Assembly (NCBI GenBank): GCA_965644495.1
Contig: CBFFSA010000001.1
Location: forward strand, 1,922,001 to 1,986,000
Origin: Perkinsela sp. CCAP 1560/9
Lineage: Eukaryota > Protista > Euglenozoa: Kinetoplastea
DNA: 64,000 bases
Reading direction: 5' to 3'
The position numbers were made by a program, and so were the translations under genes. The stretch's first letter is position 1, and each line of letters begins with the position of its first letter. Under the pieces are notes generated by a model. That model was given only the letters and a program-made list of their open reading frames with translations, was not told the origin of the DNA and ran no database searches. This document shows, piece by piece, positions 59,580 through 64,000 of this stretch.

Positions 59580-60404
59580 ATGTACGGCAACTACTGCATC
59601 GATGACGGATCCGACGATTTACGTCGAGGCAAAGTTACCTCTCTGCTACTGCCCCAAGAGGGTATGCTGGAACGTTTTATTTCAAACTTAACTGGAAAAC
59701 ATAAATCCTGGCGTACGACGAAGAAGAATATGTTTGGACGTGTCAAACGTCTATCCGCATGCAATTGGAAAGGCGTGACATGTGATGAGCATCAACACGT
59801 GACTCATATTATATGGGATTCAATGAATCTATTGGGCACCTTGCAGGGGAATTTTTTGCCGTGTACGTTGTCTTATTGTGACCTTCTCAATAACAGACTG
59901 GGAGGATCGCTTCAACTTCACACGTTGCCATCACAGCTTAGATACTTAAGATTGGCCGTGAACACTTTTATCGGTGAGTTAAACTTGACTCAGTTACCGA
60001 ACAGATTGCGTTCCCTTTGGTTGAGTGACAACCAATTTGAAGGAAATGTTGATCTCACGAATCTGTGTTCTGGATTACAATACTTAAATCTTCGAGGGAA
60101 TAAACTTTCTGGTGCCGTCGAACTTTCTCATTTGCCAAAAAAATTAGAATACTTGCAATTGTCGAAGAACAGATTTACAGGACCGCTCTCGCTGCAACAT
60201 TTACCTCCATCGCTTTCTACCTTTAGCGCGCATGGCAACTCTTTCTCTGGTTTAGTGAAGTTTGACCGTCTTCCTCCAAGCTTGGTACATCTCTCTCTGC
60301 ACCACAACGCGGAACTTTATGGCGAAATTGACAAGTCAGTTCTTCCTAAGCTTTTACAGCCTATTGAATTCTGGAATACAAACATTAAATTCGGTACAAA
60401 GTGA
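59580..60404 (+). CDS. LRR protein, subfamily B
   Basis: IDDGSDDLRRGKVTSLLLPQE; KKNMFGRVKR; close paralog of 18004. Confidence 0.92.
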   Translation: MYGNYCIDDGSDDLRRGKVTSLLLPQEGMLERFISNLTGKHKSWRTTKKNMFGRVKRLSACNWKGVTCDEHQHVTHIIWDSMNLLGTLQGNFLPCTLSYCDLLNNRLGGSLQLHTLPSQLRYLRLAVNTFIGELNLTQLPNRLRSLWLSDNQFEGNVDLTNLCSGLQYLNLRGNKLSGAVELSHLPKKLEYLQLSKNRFTGPLSLQHLPPSLSTFSAHGNSFSGLVKFDRLPPSLVHLSLHHNAELYGEIDKSVLPKLLQPIEFWNTNIKFGTK

Positions 60405-60527
60405 GTATAACGAAACGTTTATGATATTGATGAATGAAAACAGATGTGGCATAAATTCGTGTGTGATAGAAAAGTATGTTTGTAACTTATTGGTGACGCG
60501 AGGTTTATCACCGTATTCCTTCTTATA

Positions 60528-61861
60528 CAGGGGTGTAAATTTGTATGTGGTGGGGGTCTAAAATTCGTAAAATTTGGCCAATTGTGGAAAATAATAGCGC
60601 ATTCGAGAGCTCTCGAACAGGGCTCATGAACGCAACATGGTCGCGATAGGCACAAGGGGGTATTGCCCCCTCGACAAAGGGACCCCAAATGCGATTCGCA
60701 ACTTTCTAAAGCACGGGAAAAAATAGAAAAAATAATAATAATTGCAGTTTCCGCCGTTCTTTTCAATCACAATACGGCATCTCTTACGAAAGCTCTTCAT
60801 AGCGTTTTCAAAGGCTATAGAATGTGTCGTTTGAATATCTTGAAACGCTGCTTCGATCGCAATGATCAAATCTGTACGATTTCTAGGGGCCAAGCCATTT
60901 TTGAAATTGTCCATTATGGACCATAAATTTTCAACGGGCATGAGATCAGGTGATTTTGCTGGCCAAGGAAGAACAGTAATTCCTGTCTCTTGAAAGCTTG
61001 TCCTGGCCAGATTGTGCACCGTACAGTTATCCATTGCAATAACGCTAGAACGGTGCCGCTTAAGGTAAGAAATTAACCCTCCACGCTTCTTCATGGCTTC
61101 ATCAAAAATAGCCCCCGTCACTGTACCTCGGTTTCCTTGAGAACGAACAGAAGGAAAAACGTGAAGGTGAAACCCATGCTTAAGGCTCGCTGCCATCCAA
61201 ACCATAACACCATTCCCCCCATGCCATGCATCCAATTCACCTTGCTGCTCCTTGGGAGCGTCAGTTTTGCGGCAGAGGTACGTGATGTGCCCCCCACTCT
61301 TCCCACAGGTAAATTTTTTTTCATCCATCCAAATGATATTGGACAGTTCCGCGTCACTCCACGTTAGCATTTCTTCACAGAAACGTACTCGTTTCTCTTT
61401 ATGCACTGAGGTAAGTGCAGGGGATTTCCGGACTGTGCGCAAGACGATGCCATATGATTTCATGTGGGTCGTCAAAGTTTGACGAGAGCAAGTGAACCCA
61501 AGATTTTCCATTAACCGGTGGAGCTCACTCCAGCTCCTGATGCCATAGGGTTGATCTCGAACACCTTCGTCTATCGCTTTCAAAGCAGCCTCACGTAGTT
61601 CAGGTGTCACAGCGATGTTCGTTGGGGCGTGTTTCTCGTTCTTGGAGTTTACTTCTCCAGTATCAAGATAGCGCTTTAGTTACAGTTCACAGTAGCTCCA
61701 TGAACTTGAAAATTGCGCGCGGTTAGGGAAAAAGACTGTGTTGCTTCGTAATCGGCAACAAGAAGCATGCGCCAGCTTGCTTTTATGTGCCCAGGCGAAG
61801 AATAAGCCCTTTCGGAGTGCTTATGTTCCGGAGATCGTCCAAAATCCCGTCGTTGTGGCAT
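60528..61861 (-). mobile_element. Tc1/IS630-like transposon; DDE ORF 60624-61610, N-terminus disrupted near 61676; only one TIR found
   Basis: WMDEKKF, MDNCTVH, WPAKSPDLMPVENLW; TA|caggggtg TIR at 60528. Confidence 0.9.
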
Positions 61862-62133
61862 GAATAAGGGCAAAAAACACAAAAATTGTGAAAATTGCAG
61901 GATTTCGTTTTCCAAAAAGCTAAGTTTTTTTATGTGCATAAGTCAATGCCTTTTCTTTCGCCAATACCAATTTAGAAGGTTTGTAAAATCGCTCAACTCC
62001 AAAAAAACATTTGAAGTATATTTTTTTGGAAAACAAAGGGGGGAAAAAGGGGGAGATTCCACCGAAATATGAATATATGAACCCGAACAATGGTCTAATA
62101 TGGATTTTAAAGAAATTCTAGTCCTTCACGACA

Positions 62134-62826
62134 ATGAAGAGTTCTGTACAAGCTGCTGATGTCCCATCTCGACCGAGTAAGGTGCGAAACGCGGTCCTGC
62201 CCCAAGAATATAATCTGTTTCGACTACTGAGTAATGCCAGTTTTGAAGAGGAATCATGGAGCGTGAAGACGCCTGCGTGTGAGTGGAAGTTAGTACAGTG
62301 CAACCCCGAGGGACAGGTCACAAACCTCAATTGGCGCAAAGACACAAGTCGGTATGCGAAGGAAGAGGAAAATGTCCGCATAAAAGGTGTACTGCGATGG
62401 GATTTTCTCCCCAATACGCTGCTCTCTTTTTCTGCTTCAAATCAAGCGTTTTTGGAGGGGCACGTAGACTTGTCGGTACTACCCGCGGGATTAAAAAACT
62501 TTGATATTGGTACGAATCGATTCAATGGAGGGTTGGATTTAACGCATTTGCCATCTACTCTGGAAAAACTGGTTTTGAATTTCAATCTATTTGAAGGTGA
62601 AGTTGACCTTACACATCTCCCCGACGGTTTGAGAATTCTCGACCTTGCGTACAATACTCTGCGTGGAGAACCTGATCTCACAAAGCTTCCGGAGTTTCTG
62701 ACGTGGGCCAGACTACTTCACAACAATTTCGTCATACCTGACTTTGTTCCGGCATGTGTTCATATCAAGCCGCATGTGCCAAGGAGTACTCGCCATTGTG
62801 GGTACAGCAGGTATAAGAAGAAGTAA
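62134..62826 (+). CDS. LRR protein, subfamily C, 5 LRRs
   Basis: ADVPSRPSKVRNAVLPQEY; close paralog of 56423. Confidence 0.92.
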   Translation: MKSSVQAADVPSRPSKVRNAVLPQEYNLFRLLSNASFEEESWSVKTPACEWKLVQCNPEGQVTNLNWRKDTSRYAKEEENVRIKGVLRWDFLPNTLLSFSASNQAFLEGHVDLSVLPAGLKNFDIGTNRFNGGLDLTHLPSTLEKLVLNFNLFEGEVDLTHLPDGLRILDLAYNTLRGEPDLTKLPEFLTWARLLHNNFVIPDFVPACVHIKPHVPRSTRHCGYSRYKKK

Positions 62827-63261
62827 TAGGCATGTACCCGTGTGTATTGTGCTTGTACATTATACGTATTCGTACATTGTATACGTACTTGTATATTATA
62901 AGTACGATTTATACATGTTCGTGTATAATTTATGCATGTATGTGTATGTTTACATGGGATTTGTATGTGTACATTGTACAGTAACTAACAAAAGTGTTCA
63001 AATGTTTTCACAAATTTTAATGTTTTTATATTTTACAAAAGAGATGCAGAGGATAATGCAGTAGTATATTACAGTAGTGTAGGCTGGAGTAGTGCTTACA
63101 TTCCCACGTACTTAGACTTCATCAACGATCTTACAATAAAAAACTATGAAAGATATAATGCGATCCCAACACTTGAACACTTTTTTCACTTTTTTGAGAT
63201 TATTTTTTTTTGACCAAAACTTTGCCTTACTTCACCCTTACCAAACCAAAATGACCAAAAC

Positions 63262-64000
63262 TTAATACTTCGTAAGTCCCCCCTTCGCCCTAATTACTGC
63301 CCTTAAACGACGGGGCATGCTGCGGACAAGAGGAAGACATGCACTCGGAGGAAGGCCTGCCCACGCTTTTTGGGCGCGTTCCCAAAGTTCCAACATTCCT
63401 ACGGGAGGATCTGGATGATCCGCAGTCGACTTTTTGAGCTCGCCCCATAGGTGCTCTATGGGATTTAAATCGGGAGACTGCGGGGGCCAGTCTAGGACAC
63501 ACAATTCTTGTAAACGAAGGAATTCCCGGGCCTTCTTACTCGTGTGCTTTGGATCATTATCTTGTTGGAAGATGATCCGGTCCTTCATGACTTCCAACTT
63601 GTGGAGGGAAGGAGACAAATTCTGTTGAAGTATTTGAACGTACTGTTCAGCATTCATGTTGCCATGAACCAGAGCAATGGAGCCCACGCCGTGAGCCATC
63701 ATACACCCCCATACCATGATGGATCCCCCACCGTACTTCACGGTGCTGTGTGTATTTCGCTCTGAAAGTGCTTCCCCAAAGCTCACCCACGCCCACCGGC
63801 TGCCATTCGACTCGAAACGGCAGATCTTACTTTCATCAGTGAAAAGCACATGGCTCCAGTCGGCGTTCGTCCAATGCTCATACTTCTTTGCAAAGGCAAG
63901 ACGTAGAGCTTTGTGACGCTTCGTAAGGTGGGGTTTCCGTAATTTCTTCTTCCCCTTCAAACCACGCTTCCGAAGGGAAACCCGAATGGTTTGGGGCGAA
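63262..64000 (-). mobile_element. Tc1 DD34E transposase, continuing past the window end
   Basis: FTDESK, QQDNDPKH, WPPQSPDLNPIEHLW; 34 residues between D and E. Confidence 0.93.

Noticed and set aside
1898-62681. Antisense ORFs overlapping LRR genes (e.g. 3245-3817, 13883-14359, 56401-56805)
   Set aside because: Shadow frames of the repetitive LRR coding strand with no independent motifs
1505-62826. Integron-like cassette array with one recombination site per LRR gene
   Set aside because: No conserved sequence found after or before each gene; hairpin repeats do not track gene boundaries; no intact integrase

Overview
Eukaryote-like (probably protist), transposon-riddled locus built around a dispersed array of 19 intact, single-ORF leucine-rich-repeat (LRR) genes plus one relic, all on the + strand. 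Each LRR protein has a short leader with a conserved motif (roughly D-x(n)-R-x-[GS]-K-V-x4-LPQE), a W..C.W.GV.C N-cap and 4-8 LRRs of 23 aa (LPxxLxxLxLxxNxFxGxxDLxx). None has a TM, kinase or NB domain. The spacers are filled with mostly decayed mobile elements: Tc1/IS630-mariner, Merlin/IS1595, hAT, PIF/Harbinger-type, a bacterial-type IS30 transposase, a DIRS-like RT fragment, a 2A-like/zinc-finger fragment, Pif1-helicase and Ulp1 fragments, and many nested MITEs and hairpin repeats. Almost all recognisable TE coding remnants are antisense to the LRR genes. No rRNA, tRNA or CRISPR array was recognised. Family assignments come from motif recognition by eye, not database searches.
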